DNA of 64,000 nt, taken from positions 5,028-69,027 of the forward strand of contig SVUJ01000010.1 of assembly GCA_015063305.1 (NCBI GenBank). The letters are read 5' to 3'. The notes beneath the pieces are model-generated. The model was given only the letters and a program-made list of their open reading frames with translations, did no database searches and was not told the DNA's origin. The stretch's first letter is position 1; the number at the start of each line of letters is the position of its first letter. Shown here in pieces: positions 10,494 to 19,590 of this stretch. A program made the translations under genes and the position numbers. This DNA is from Oscillospiraceae bacterium (lineage in GTDB: Bacteria; Bacillota; Clostridia; Oscillospirales; CAG-272).

Positions 10494-12497
10494 ATGGCGG
10501 ATAAGAAAACAACTGTTAAAAATGATTATAACGACCAAAGCATAAAGGCGCTCAAGGGAGCTGACCGAGTAAGAAAAAGACCTGCCGTAATATTTGGCTC
10601 TGACGGTCTTGAGGGCTGTGAGCATTCATTTTTCGAGATACTCTCGAACTCTGTGGACGAGGCAAGAGAGGGAAATGGCTCGGAGATAAAGGTAACGGCG
10701 TATCTCGACAACTCGATATGCGTTGACGACCACGGACGCGGAGTGCCGCTTGGATATAACGAGGCAGAGGGACGCTGGAACTGGGATCTTATATACTGTG
10801 AGCTTTATGCGGGCGGTAAGTATGATAACAACAAGGGCGGCTCGGCATACGAATATTCTCTCGGACTTAACGGTCTTGGCGCGTGCGCCACGCAGTACAG
10901 CTCGGAGTATATGGACGTATTCTCATACGACGGCACTAATGAATATAAGATAAGCTTCAAGAAGGGCGAGCCCGCAAGCGAGCTTATCACAAGAGAGCTT
11001 GAGAGAAACGAGAGAAGAACGGGTACTGTGGTGCATTGGAAGCCCGACCTTGAGGTCTTCACCGATATAAGTATTCCGAGTGAATTTTTCGTTGAAACGA
11101 TGAGAAGACAGTCGGTGGTCAACCCCGGCATCAGCTTTGTGCTCAGAATTGAGACCGAAAAGGGAAAATTCAGTGAGCAGAAATTCGTCTATGAAAACGG
11201 AATAATAGATTATCTGACTGAGATGGTAGGCGACACCGCTATGACAGCTCCCGTGCTCTGGCATATGGAAACACAGGGACGTGACAGAGAGGATAAGGAC
11301 GAATATAAGGTCAAGGCAGACTTTTCGTTCTGTGTGTCGAACACGGTAAACACGCTTGAATATTACCATAACTCAAGCTTTCTCGAGCACGGCGGCGCGC
11401 CCGACAAGGCGGTAAAGGTCGCGTTCGTCTATGCCGTTGATAAATATCTGAAAACGGCAGGGAAGTACAATAAGAACGAGTCCAAGATAACATTCTCGGA
11501 TATATCCGACTGCCTGGCGCTCGTCATCAACAGCTTCTCGACGATGACCTCTTATGAGAACCAGACCAAAAAGGCTATCACAAACACCTTTATCTATGAG
11601 GCGATGACCGATTTCCTCAAGAAAAATCTTGAGATATATTTCGTGGAAAATCCCACGGCGGCAGAGATACTCGCAAATCAGGTGCTTGTAAACAAGAGAA
11701 GCCGCGAGAACGCCGAGGCTACAAGACTTAATATAAAGAAAAAGCTTACAGGCTCTATCGATATCGCCAATAAGGTTGAAAAGTTCGTAAACTGCCGCTC
11801 CAAGGACCCCGAGGTGCGCGAGCTTTATATAGTTGAGGGAGATTCAGCTCTCACGTCCTGTAAGCTCGGAAGAAACGCCGATTTTCAGGCGATAATCCCC
11901 GTAAGAGGAAAAACGCTCAACTGTATGAAGAGCAGCTATGAGAAGATTTTTAAGAGCGAGATAATCACCGACCTCTTGCGCGTCATCGGCTGCGGAGTTG
12001 AAATAAACGGCAAGATAAAGGGAGATTTCAACCACTTTGATCTGGGTGCGCTTCGTTGGTCAAAGATAATTATATGTACCGATGCCGACGAGGACGGCTT
12101 CCAGATAAGAACACTTCTCCTGACGCTGTTCTACCGTCTTCTCCCCACGCTTCTTAAGGAATCCAAGGTGTTTATTGCCGAGTCGCCGCTCTTTGAGATA
12201 ACGGCAAAGGACAAGATATACTTTGCCTACAACGAGTTTGAGAAGGCGGATATACTTAAAAAGCTTGCGGGACAGAAATATACCCTCCAGCGTTCAAAGG
12301 GACTTGGTGAAAATGAGCCCGAGATGATGTGGCAGACCACTATGAATCCCGCTACAAGACGTCTTATCGCTGTAACGCCCACCGACGCGGCAAAGACAGA
12401 AGAGATATTCGATACTCTGCTTGGAGATAATCTCGCCGCGCGTAAGCAGTTTATTGCCGAGCACGGAACGGAGTATATAAAAGACGCAGATATATAA
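10494..12497 (+). CDS. Type IIA topoisomerase B subunit (GyrB/ParE family)
   Basis: VRKRPA, EILSNSVDE, DDHGRGVP, GLNGLG (GHKL), VEGDSA, PVRGK, CTDADEDG (TOPRIM) and QRSKGLGEN. Confidence 0.93.
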   Translation: MADKKTTVKNDYNDQSIKALKGADRVRKRPAVIFGSDGLEGCEHSFFEILSNSVDEAREGNGSEIKVTAYLDNSICVDDHGRGVPLGYNEAEGRWNWDLIYCELYAGGKYDNNKGGSAYEYSLGLNGLGACATQYSSEYMDVFSYDGTNEYKISFKKGEPASELITRELERNERRTGTVVHWKPDLEVFTDISIPSEFFVETMRRQSVVNPGISFVLRIETEKGKFSEQKFVYENGIIDYLTEMVGDTAMTAPVLWHMETQGRDREDKDEYKVKADFSFCVSNTVNTLEYYHNSSFLEHGGAPDKAVKVAFVYAVDKYLKTAGKYNKNESKITFSDISDCLALVINSFSTMTSYENQTKKAITNTFIYEAMTDFLKKNLEIYFVENPTAAEILANQVLVNKRSRENAEATRLNIKKKLTGSIDIANKVEKFVNCRSKDPEVRELYIVEGDSALTSCKLGRNADFQAIIPVRGKTLNCMKSSYEKIFKSEIITDLLRVIGCGVEINGKIKGDFNHFDLGALRWSKIIICTDADEDGFQIRTLLLTLFYRLLPTLLKESKVFIAESPLFEITAKDKIYFAYNEFEKADILKKLAGQKYTLQRSKGLGENEPEMMWQTTMNPATRRLIAVTPTDAAKTEEIFDTLLGDNLAARKQFIAEHGTEYIKDADI

Positions 12498-12501
12498 AAA
12501 C

Positions 12502-12540
12502 AAAAGAGCTTATGGCAAGTGCCATAAGCTCTTTTTGTTT
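12502..12540. terminator. Bidirectional intrinsic terminator
   Basis: AAAAGAGCTTATGGCA-AG-TGCCATAAGCTCTTTT between convergent genes. Confidence 0.85.
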
Positions 12541-12545
12541 TTAGA

Positions 12546-14030
12546 TTATTTAAACATCTCGTTTATCTCGGTAAGTGTCTTGCGAACAAGAAGGTCGCCG
12601 CCCTCGTGTCCGGCAGTACCGCTTGAAACGTAAGCCGAGTAGTGGCTTCCGCGCTCAGCCTTTTCGGTGGGGAGATATCCGTACGATCCGCAGGAGAGCT
12701 GAATAAGGAAGGTCTGAGCCGCCTTACTTCTCGCGCGTATCTGATTTCCGTAATCAAGGAAGAGCTCGTAGGGGCTAGTGGCGAAAGCTACGTCGCCAAG
12801 GCGCAATACGTGGAACTCTATCGGGATGGCGTCCATTCTCTCCTGAGTCTTGCTTCTTGCAACAACACCCGCGTGGACGTGCATTCTGGCGTTGTCCTTA
12901 AAGTTGATCGACTTACCCGCATTTTCCTTTGCAAAGTCGGTGATAGCCTTTATCGCAGCTTCGGTTTCCTTGGGAGTAACTCGGCGGATCGGCATATCAA
13001 GAGTAATGACCTTGTGCTTGAATTCTGCCTCGCTTACGTACTCTTCTATATCCTCATAAGCGTAAACTATCTCATTCGTTATTCTGCGAGCGATCAGGTT
13101 ACAGCCCTTAATGTCGAACATAGAGGGATCGGCTCTATGGTTACTTGCGTTTTCACGAACGATATTGGGGTCGTTGATAGGAGCCTCGGGGTCTACCCAT
13201 CTTACCAGGTCACGAGGACATTGGTCGCCTGCGGGCGAGCATATAGAGAGAAGGAATATGTCATCTCCAAACTTTTCGCGAAGCATACCTCTCACCTTTC
13301 CGAAATAGTCGGAGGATATGAAGCTTCTATGCTCAAGAACCTGAGCGGGGCAGGCAACGTTAGCTATTACACCTGTAAGCTTCTTATCGGGCGTAAATGT
13401 GAAGAGAAGCTCTATACCGCTGTCATTTCCGCCCTCAAGCTCTGTGAAGGTAGCGGTGTTGGTGTCGCCCCACATCTTTGCGGAGCCGTCGTTATAGCAA
13501 ACTCTTCTGCACATACCTACAGCCGCGCGCCCAAAGCCTGCGGCATACATACCCTCGGTGCGGTTGTCCCAAGCCAGCTTAGCAGCCTTAGCGATTCTGT
13601 CGGCTACAAAGTTGAAGGCCTCCTCTCCCTGTAAAAGATCATCGCCGTCGTAGGGAGCGAGAGATTCATATTTAACGCCGGGCATCAATTTTTCAAGCTC
13701 TTTGAGGGACGAGTCGGGAGAATCGGATTTAGTAAGATATGATAACGAGGTATGTGTGTGAATAGCGCTTGTGATCACCTTATCAACGGGGAAACCGGGG
13801 ATAGTAGCAAGACGCTCTCTTACCGCCAGTAAAAGCCAATGATTTGTGGAAACCAGGTCGCAGGAGCAGAAGATAGCCTGATCGTCACCCGACTCTATAG
13901 CGAGAGCGGTAACAGAAATGGGTGTTTCTAGCTCGTCGGATATTCTTTCATAGAACTGACCGCTAAGACTTACCTTTTTCCCCTCGGGAACAAGGCTGAC
14001 CTCGCCCCAGCCTATTTTTATGTTATTCAT
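12546..14030 (-). CDS. Neutral/alkaline ceramidase-like metallo-amidohydrolase (uncharacterised)
   Basis: SAIHTHTS motif, ACPAQV/ISSDYFG, PAGDQCP, LRLGDVAFATSPYELFLDYG and GYLPT are typical of this superfamily. Confidence 0.6.
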   Translation of the reverse strand: MNNIKIGWGEVSLVPEGKKVSLSGQFYERISDELETPISVTALAIESGDDQAIFCSCDLVSTNHWLLLAVRERLATIPGFPVDKVITSAIHTHTSLSYLTKSDSPDSSLKELEKLMPGVKYESLAPYDGDDLLQGEEAFNFVADRIAKAAKLAWDNRTEGMYAAGFGRAAVGMCRRVCYNDGSAKMWGDTNTATFTELEGGNDSGIELLFTFTPDKKLTGVIANVACPAQVLEHRSFISSDYFGKVRGMLREKFGDDIFLLSICSPAGDQCPRDLVRWVDPEAPINDPNIVRENASNHRADPSMFDIKGCNLIARRITNEIVYAYEDIEEYVSEAEFKHKVITLDMPIRRVTPKETEAAIKAITDFAKENAGKSINFKDNARMHVHAGVVARSKTQERMDAIPIEFHVLRLGDVAFATSPYELFLDYGNQIRARSKAAQTFLIQLSCGSYGYLPTEKAERGSHYSAYVSSGTAGHEGGDLLVRKTLTEINEMFK

Positions 14031-14057
14031 AATATTTTATCTCCTTTTGATTAAGGG

Positions 14058-15317
14058 TTATTGGGTTTGTGTTTTAGAATCCTCTTTAAAATGATTCCAT
14101 ATTGGAGTTTCTACAGAGGACAGGACCATCGCGATGACTAAAAGTAAAACAACGAAGAGCCAGGTTATCGTCCAATTGCCAAATTCCGCTATCGCCGTAA
14201 GTCCAAAGAGAACGGCTACGAATCCTAAGGATGAAAGAGCGTTCAAAAGACCCGCTACAGTTCCGTCCTTTCCCCATTGTGCAAAGGATACGGCAATGTA
14301 GGTAGTTGTGAAAAATCCCGCGGCGCTTGCCAGAAGAATGACCACAGAGATCGAGGCGACTATTATCCAATAGTTTATCTTTCCCACCCACAGCGGAACG
14401 AGAGCAAAGGGAAAGGCGCAGGTAAGGAGCGTTGTCATAGCAACAAATTCACTTTTGAATATTTTTCTCAGTGTATTTCCAAGAAGCGGACCCAATGCGG
14501 CGCAGACCAAAACTATTATGTTAAGCGCAGTCGCAAAAATAGGACTTACCTCTGCATAGGATTCCTTTATCATCGTGGGTATAAGGCTCTTGGTCTGCTC
14601 TATTGACGTACGGCAAAAAGCAACTATCAGGATCAATATAAGTCCCGATGTAAGCGAGAGCCTAAAGAATGATATGTGGGTGCGAGCTCTGTGCGAAAAG
14701 GAATCGTAAGTTGGCTCGTGTATCTCTTCCTCGCTGATGTTTTTCTTTACAGAACGGAAGGCTATCTCCCATATCAAGGCGAGAACTATCAGACCTATAC
14801 CCGACACAAGGAAGTTGTGCTGCCACTTTCCAACGAGCGCGGCAACGATATAACCCGCCGTAACTCCCATAGGATTGGAAAGTGTAACGATGGTAAGGGC
14901 TCTGTATCGGTGCTCGGTCGCGAGGAAGGTAGATATCAGCTTAAATGTGGCGGGCCATACGCAAAATTGCGCCAAAGCATTGAGCACCCAGATCGCGAGT
15001 GTCAGCGCATAATTTTCATAGCAGAAATAGACGCCTATATTTGCAAGCGCCGCGCCGAGCATTCCAAAGGTGATGAATCTTTCGGGATGCCAGCGGTCAA
15101 CCGCAACTCCGCCGAATATCTGCATAATGGCGTATACGATGTAAAAGCATCCCGATATGATACCGGTCTCAAGCTTTGTCATATACCCCTCGTTAACTAT
15201 AAATACCATAGCTGCCGAGAAGCAGTTTTTGGTCATACATACGAAGGCGTATGCAGATATCAGCGAAATAGCTATCAGTAAACTTGCGTGTTTATTAGTT
15301 AAAAAACGAGTTTTCAT
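14058..15317 (-). CDS. MFS transporter (OPA/sugar-phosphate-like)
   Basis: About 12 hydrophobic segments; GGVAVDRWHPERF motif A; QFCVWPA. Confidence 0.85.
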   Translation of the reverse strand: MKTRFLTNKHASLLIAISLISAYAFVCMTKNCFSAAMVFIVNEGYMTKLETGIISGCFYIVYAIMQIFGGVAVDRWHPERFITFGMLGAALANIGVYFCYENYALTLAIWVLNALAQFCVWPATFKLISTFLATEHRYRALTIVTLSNPMGVTAGYIVAALVGKWQHNFLVSGIGLIVLALIWEIAFRSVKKNISEEEIHEPTYDSFSHRARTHISFFRLSLTSGLILILIVAFCRTSIEQTKSLIPTMIKESYAEVSPIFATALNIIVLVCAALGPLLGNTLRKIFKSEFVAMTTLLTCAFPFALVPLWVGKINYWIIVASISVVILLASAAGFFTTTYIAVSFAQWGKDGTVAGLLNALSSLGFVAVLFGLTAIAEFGNWTITWLFVVLLLVIAMVLSSVETPIWNHFKEDSKTQTQ

Positions 15318-15358
15318 GATGATTTAAAGCACTTTGCGATGTGTGTTCAAGTCCTCCG

Positions 15359-16711
15359 TCAGATAACCTCTATGCCGAGAATGTCGCAGAGATCCTCGAT
15401 AAGAGCTCTGTTCTCACCATAGCAGATTATATAGTGCTGACACATTATGTTCTGAGCAAAGTCCTCAACGTCCTCAAGCTCTACCTCAAGTCCGGGGAGC
15501 TGGGGCGCGGGCTGAGTCCAACCTGCCTCCTCCCACTTCTGAGGAGTTTTGCCGAAGCCGTCTACCATGTGCATGTAGTATTCACCGTCAATAGCAACAA
15601 GACGGCACATAGTGAGCTTTCCGCCCTTTACCTTACTTACGTTGAGTATACCCTCGGAAAGCTCTCCGAATGCCGCGGGCATAACGGTGACCTCTCCGTC
15701 AACAACTGCTGCGGGAACGTAGTCGGGAACACCTGCAAGAACGCTGTTCTCGAAGAACTCATAGAACTCGAGGTAGTGCGCAGCCTGACCTGTAAGGTAT
15801 CTTATCATAAGCTGTGTTACGTTTCCAAGACAGTCGTTCTCGGGAATTGTAGCAAGTCCCGCCTCGTCAGCAAGGAGCATAAATATGGGAGCCGGGGGGA
15901 AGCCGCAAAGCTTCTTCATTCCGTCAACGTCCTTAAGGGAGATAGCTTCGTATCCGCGCTCGTCGCAGATAGCCTTAGCCGCGAGATAGTATCCAGCAGC
16001 CATTTCAAGGCTTTCTCTCTTGGGCTCTTTGAGGAACTTCCACTTGGAGAGCATACAGTTGTCTATAACTGCCTGCTTTTCCTCGGCGGTCACCTTATTG
16101 TAGCGCTGCTCAAGCTCAAGCATCTCAAAGGTCTCGATCTCTGTTCCAACAACTCTCTTGAGAGAGGGGCCGTCGCACTGAGTACCGTAAAGGTTCATAT
16201 CGCGGTAACCCGCCATACCTGTTCTGGAGTGACGGAGCTTTGCAGCGGCACTTGCAGCGGTTATGTACTGAGCCACCTTAGCAGCGCCCGAGGGCTTGCC
16301 GATTATGTCGTATACGTATTTGAATGTATAGCCGAGATCGAAGAAGGTCTTGCGGATAGCCGAAGTACCTGCCTGATCTGCGGTGGTAACGAGTCTGCCG
16401 TCGGATTCTATCCAACCGCAAAGACCCCAAAGAACGATAGGCTTTTCTCTGAAATGCTCGGTTACCTTTACAACGGCGTGAGTGGGGATCCAACCTGCTA
16501 TGCAAACTACCAAGCAGTCAAAATCCTGACCCTTGAGAGCGGCAACAGCCTTCTTGATATCCTTCTCTTCATAGTCGTCGGTAACGGGATAGACCTTCAC
16601 AAGCTCAACACCCTGAGCCTCGAGATCCTTTGCGGCATTCTCGCACTTTTTGATAATGATGTCGATAGGTGTGTTTACCTCACCAAATCCAACAAAAGCA
16701 GCTTTTTTCAT
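15359..16711 (-). CDS. L-fucose/L-arabinose isomerase family protein
   Basis: 450 aa with a FucI-like organisation (VVCIAGW, KPIVLWG, PENDCLG, GKLTMCRL, QHYIICYG). Confidence 0.75.
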   Translation of the reverse strand: MKKAAFVGFGEVNTPIDIIIKKCENAAKDLEAQGVELVKVYPVTDDYEEKDIKKAVAALKGQDFDCLVVCIAGWIPTHAVVKVTEHFREKPIVLWGLCGWIESDGRLVTTADQAGTSAIRKTFFDLGYTFKYVYDIIGKPSGAAKVAQYITAASAAAKLRHSRTGMAGYRDMNLYGTQCDGPSLKRVVGTEIETFEMLELEQRYNKVTAEEKQAVIDNCMLSKWKFLKEPKRESLEMAAGYYLAAKAICDERGYEAISLKDVDGMKKLCGFPPAPIFMLLADEAGLATIPENDCLGNVTQLMIRYLTGQAAHYLEFYEFFENSVLAGVPDYVPAAVVDGEVTVMPAAFGELSEGILNVSKVKGGKLTMCRLVAIDGEYYMHMVDGFGKTPQKWEEAGWTQPAPQLPGLEVELEDVEDFAQNIMCQHYIICYGENRALIEDLCDILGIEVI

Positions 16712-16933
16712 AATAATAACCTCTCTGATTTTATATATTTTAGATATTAAAAAGTAAAATACTGTCTTTAAAGAATTTTACCATAAATATCTATCATTGT
16801 CAACGGTTTAACGATAAAATAGGGGGTGAATTTACAATAAATTTGGCCCACAGATAAGAAGTAAAAAGATTTACAAAGGGCTCTTGCTGTGTTATAATAT
16901 CAATAGGAATACAACTCGGGGAGGAGAAGACGT

Positions 16934-17656
16934 ATGAAATTCGCTATTGTAAAAAAATGGTATTTTATTTTGTTATGCGCCGTTGCGTTGGCGCTGATAG
17001 TGTTTGCTATTTATTATTTTGCTGTGATCCGTCCTCAAAAGATCGAACAGAAACGGTACGAGGAGATCTTTCAAGCATATCACGAGCAGAAATATGAGGA
17101 GTATGAAAAAGAAAATCAGAAATATGCTGATTATGAAGTAGATGTTGCCTTTATCGGAGACAGCTTGACGGATAGATATGATTTGGAAAATTACTACCCC
17201 CAATATATTACCGCAAATCGTGGTATCAACGGCGATACGACCTTTGATGTAGAGAAACGGCTGCAACTCTCTCTTTATGACCTCAAGCCCAAGGTTGTCG
17301 TTATGCTGATCGGAGCGAACAATTTGGACACGATGTTTCAAAATTATGAAGCTATCCTGCAAGGAATACAAGAAAACCTGCCTCAAACAAAGGTGGTTCT
17401 CCTTTCCTTAACTGCAATGAACGGGGAAGAATGGGGGCGTAACAATCCGCTTGCGGCGTATAACAATGTTAAGATCAAGCTCCTTGCCGAGCGATACGGA
17501 TATGAATTTATTGATCTGTTCAGTGCGCTCTACGATGTTTCGGCAGGCGAAGCTTACGCAGACTATACGCTGGACGGGGGACATTTGAGCCATCTCGGCT
17601 ATACCAAGGTGACAGAGCAGATCACCCCTGTTCTTAAAGAACTTTTAGGTAGATAA
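16934..17656 (+). CDS. Membrane-anchored SGNH/GDSL lipase/esterase
   Basis: N-terminal TM helix; FIGDSLT, NRGING, IGANN and DGGH blocks. Confidence 0.92.
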   Translation: MKFAIVKKWYFILLCAVALALIVFAIYYFAVIRPQKIEQKRYEEIFQAYHEQKYEEYEKENQKYADYEVDVAFIGDSLTDRYDLENYYPQYITANRGINGDTTFDVEKRLQLSLYDLKPKVVVMLIGANNLDTMFQNYEAILQGIQENLPQTKVVLLSLTAMNGEEWGRNNPLAAYNNVKIKLLAERYGYEFIDLFSALYDVSAGEAYADYTLDGGHLSHLGYTKVTEQITPVLKELLGR

Positions 17657-17727
17657 GATCATACAAAAATCTAACCACTTTAATTGTTTTTTACTAACAA
17701 TATCATTTGCCGAAGGCAAGCATCATT

Positions 17728-17768
17728 CAAAAAACGCACCTTTGTCGGTAGACAAAAGTGCGTTTTTT
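17728..17768. terminator. Terminator hairpin downstream of tRNA-Ser
   Basis: CAAAAAACGCACCTTTGTC-GGTA-GACAAAAGTGCGTTTTTT. Confidence 0.7.
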
Positions 17769-17770
17769 GC

Positions 17771-17861
17771 TGGCGGAGAAGGAGAGATTCGAACTCTCGA
17801 ACCCTGTTACAGGTTACACGATTTCCAATCGTGCGCCCTCGACCAACTAGGCGACTTCTCC
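17771..17861 (-). tRNA. tRNA-Ser(GGA)
   Basis: Minus strand GGAGAAGTCGCCTAGTTGGTCGAGGGCGCACGATTGGAAATCGTG...GTTCGAATCTCTCCTTCTCCGCCA, with long variable arm and encoded CCA. Confidence 0.97.
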
Positions 17862-18288
17862 AAATCTATTCGATTTTTTAACCGTCTGTATCTCAGACCT
17901 ATGTATTATATCACAAGTGTTTACAAAAATCAAGAGCTTTTTTGCATTTTTTAAAAAATATTTTTAACAAATACTCTCTCATTACATATGGATTTTATAA
18001 CAAAAGTGCTGTCGCTTTTGCGACAGCCCAAATTTCGCTCAATTATTTTCGGAGAGCAGCCTGTGCAGAAAGGATAAATTTTATGGTTTTTTTGTCGGGT
18101 TTTTCTTGACGATTCCGTTTGAAAAGCTCGAAATTTTACCTTTAAGCAAATAATAGGGGGATATTTGACAATTTATCGTGTCTGTATTATTATATTATAA
18201 TATAGATGAAATGAAGCGAAAGCCGACTTTATCACTACGAAAGTAGAAATAAGGTCGGCTTTTTCTTTTGGAAAAGGAGATGATTAAA

Positions 18289-19161
18289 TTGGATGATAAG
18301 GAAAAAATTGTTATCATTCCCATAAGCGCTATTGATGATTTTTTCGACCACCCATTTCAAGTGCGTGATGATGAGGAAATGGATCGGCTTGTAAATAGCA
18401 TCATTAACAACGGTGTTCTAACCCCCGTGATACTCCGTCCAAACGGAGAGCGTTATGAGATTATTTCAGGACACAGACGAAAGTACGCTTGTAAAAAAAT
18501 CGGAATTGTCGGTGTCCCCGCCATTGTTCGTGAACTAACTCGTGAGGAAGCAATCGTTGAAATGGTGGATTCCAATTTACACCGAGAGCATATACTGCCG
18601 AGCGAAAAGGCGAGAGCGTATAAAATGAAGATGGACGCGATGAAAAGGCAAGGAAAACGCACGGATCTAACTTCCAACCCAATGGGTGGGAAGTTAAAGA
18701 GTATGGAAACCGCCAAGCTTATCGGGGAGGAGGCGGGCGAAAGCGCAAATCAAGTACGCAGATATATCCGCTTGACCAAGCTTATTCTCGGACTGCTGAC
18801 AATGGTGGACGAGGGCAAAATTGCCTTACGCCCTGCCGTAGAGATATCTTATTTGACTGTTGAGGAGCAGACGGATTTGCTTGAAACGATCGAGAGCGAG
18901 GATTGCACTCCGTCCTACGCACAAGCTATTCGAATGAGAAATCTCAGCAAGGAAGGAAACCTTGATATTGACGCTATATTCGATATTATGACCGAGCAAA
19001 AGGGCAATCAAAAAGAAAAGATCAAAATCCCTATGGAGCGTCTTGATAAGTTCTTTCCGAGAGGTATGCCGCAGAAGCGGGTCGAGGACACGATTATCAA
19101 AGCACTTGCTTTTTACCAAAAACACTTGAATAAAAAGAGAGAGGGCAGAGAGGAAAGATGA
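18289..19161 (+). CDS. ParB/RepB/Spo0J family protein (mobile-element type, no ParA)
   Basis: HPFQVRDDEEM, GVLTPVILR, YEIISGHRR (CTP-binding GxRR), VDSNLHRE, and an HTH region QVRRYIRLT. TTG start 8 nt after AGGAGA (alternative ATG 18280). Confidence 0.92.
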   Translation: MDDKEKIVIIPISAIDDFFDHPFQVRDDEEMDRLVNSIINNGVLTPVILRPNGERYEIISGHRRKYACKKIGIVGVPAIVRELTREEAIVEMVDSNLHREHILPSEKARAYKMKMDAMKRQGKRTDLTSNPMGGKLKSMETAKLIGEEAGESANQVRRYIRLTKLILGLLTMVDEGKIALRPAVEISYLTVEEQTDLLETIESEDCTPSYAQAIRMRNLSKEGNLDIDAIFDIMTEQKGNQKEKIKIPMERLDKFFPRGMPQKRVEDTIIKALAFYQKHLNKKREGREER

Positions 19162-19410
19162 GGAGAAAGAGAGAAACATAACAAGCCCCCAATGTGCGGC
19201 GTTCTGCTTTGCCTTTACACGGATTTTTGGAACGGGGGAGAAGCGAATTGTACATATGTCGAAAACAGGCATTTTAAGTCGAGTGATATCCTTGGCAAAG
19301 CAAATTATAGTATTGGACGAACATATCTCACAAAAAAATACGTCTATGTGGAAAACTATGTATAAAATTTGCAGAAAAAACCATTCCACAACTTTTTTGT
19401 CTTAAAAATA

Positions 19411-19439
19411 TTGACTTTTAACAAAAAAAGTGATATACT
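19411..19439 (+). promoter_or_regulatory. sigma-A promoter of pilin operon
   Basis: TTGACT-17bp-TATACT with extended TG. Confidence 0.75.
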
Positions 19440-19590
19440 TATTAACACCAATTCGTCTGTTGCTATTTTAGGCGAACAAAACAACAAGTAAAAGGTTCGT
19501 CTAATAGTAATTGATGAGTTGCTTTGACGGTATTCTATGAAAGGCTTAAAAGCCAATGGGAAGATCAAATAAAAGGGAACGTTTACACTT

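Noticed and set aside
15341-16750. 469-aa plus-strand ORF (also 12642-13634, 4439-5188, 19860-20537)
   Set aside because: These are antisense shadows of well-supported genes on the opposite strand.
18679-19560. CCAATGGG shared by the parB palindrome and the pilin leader
   Set aside because: Only 8 bp, which is compatible with chance.
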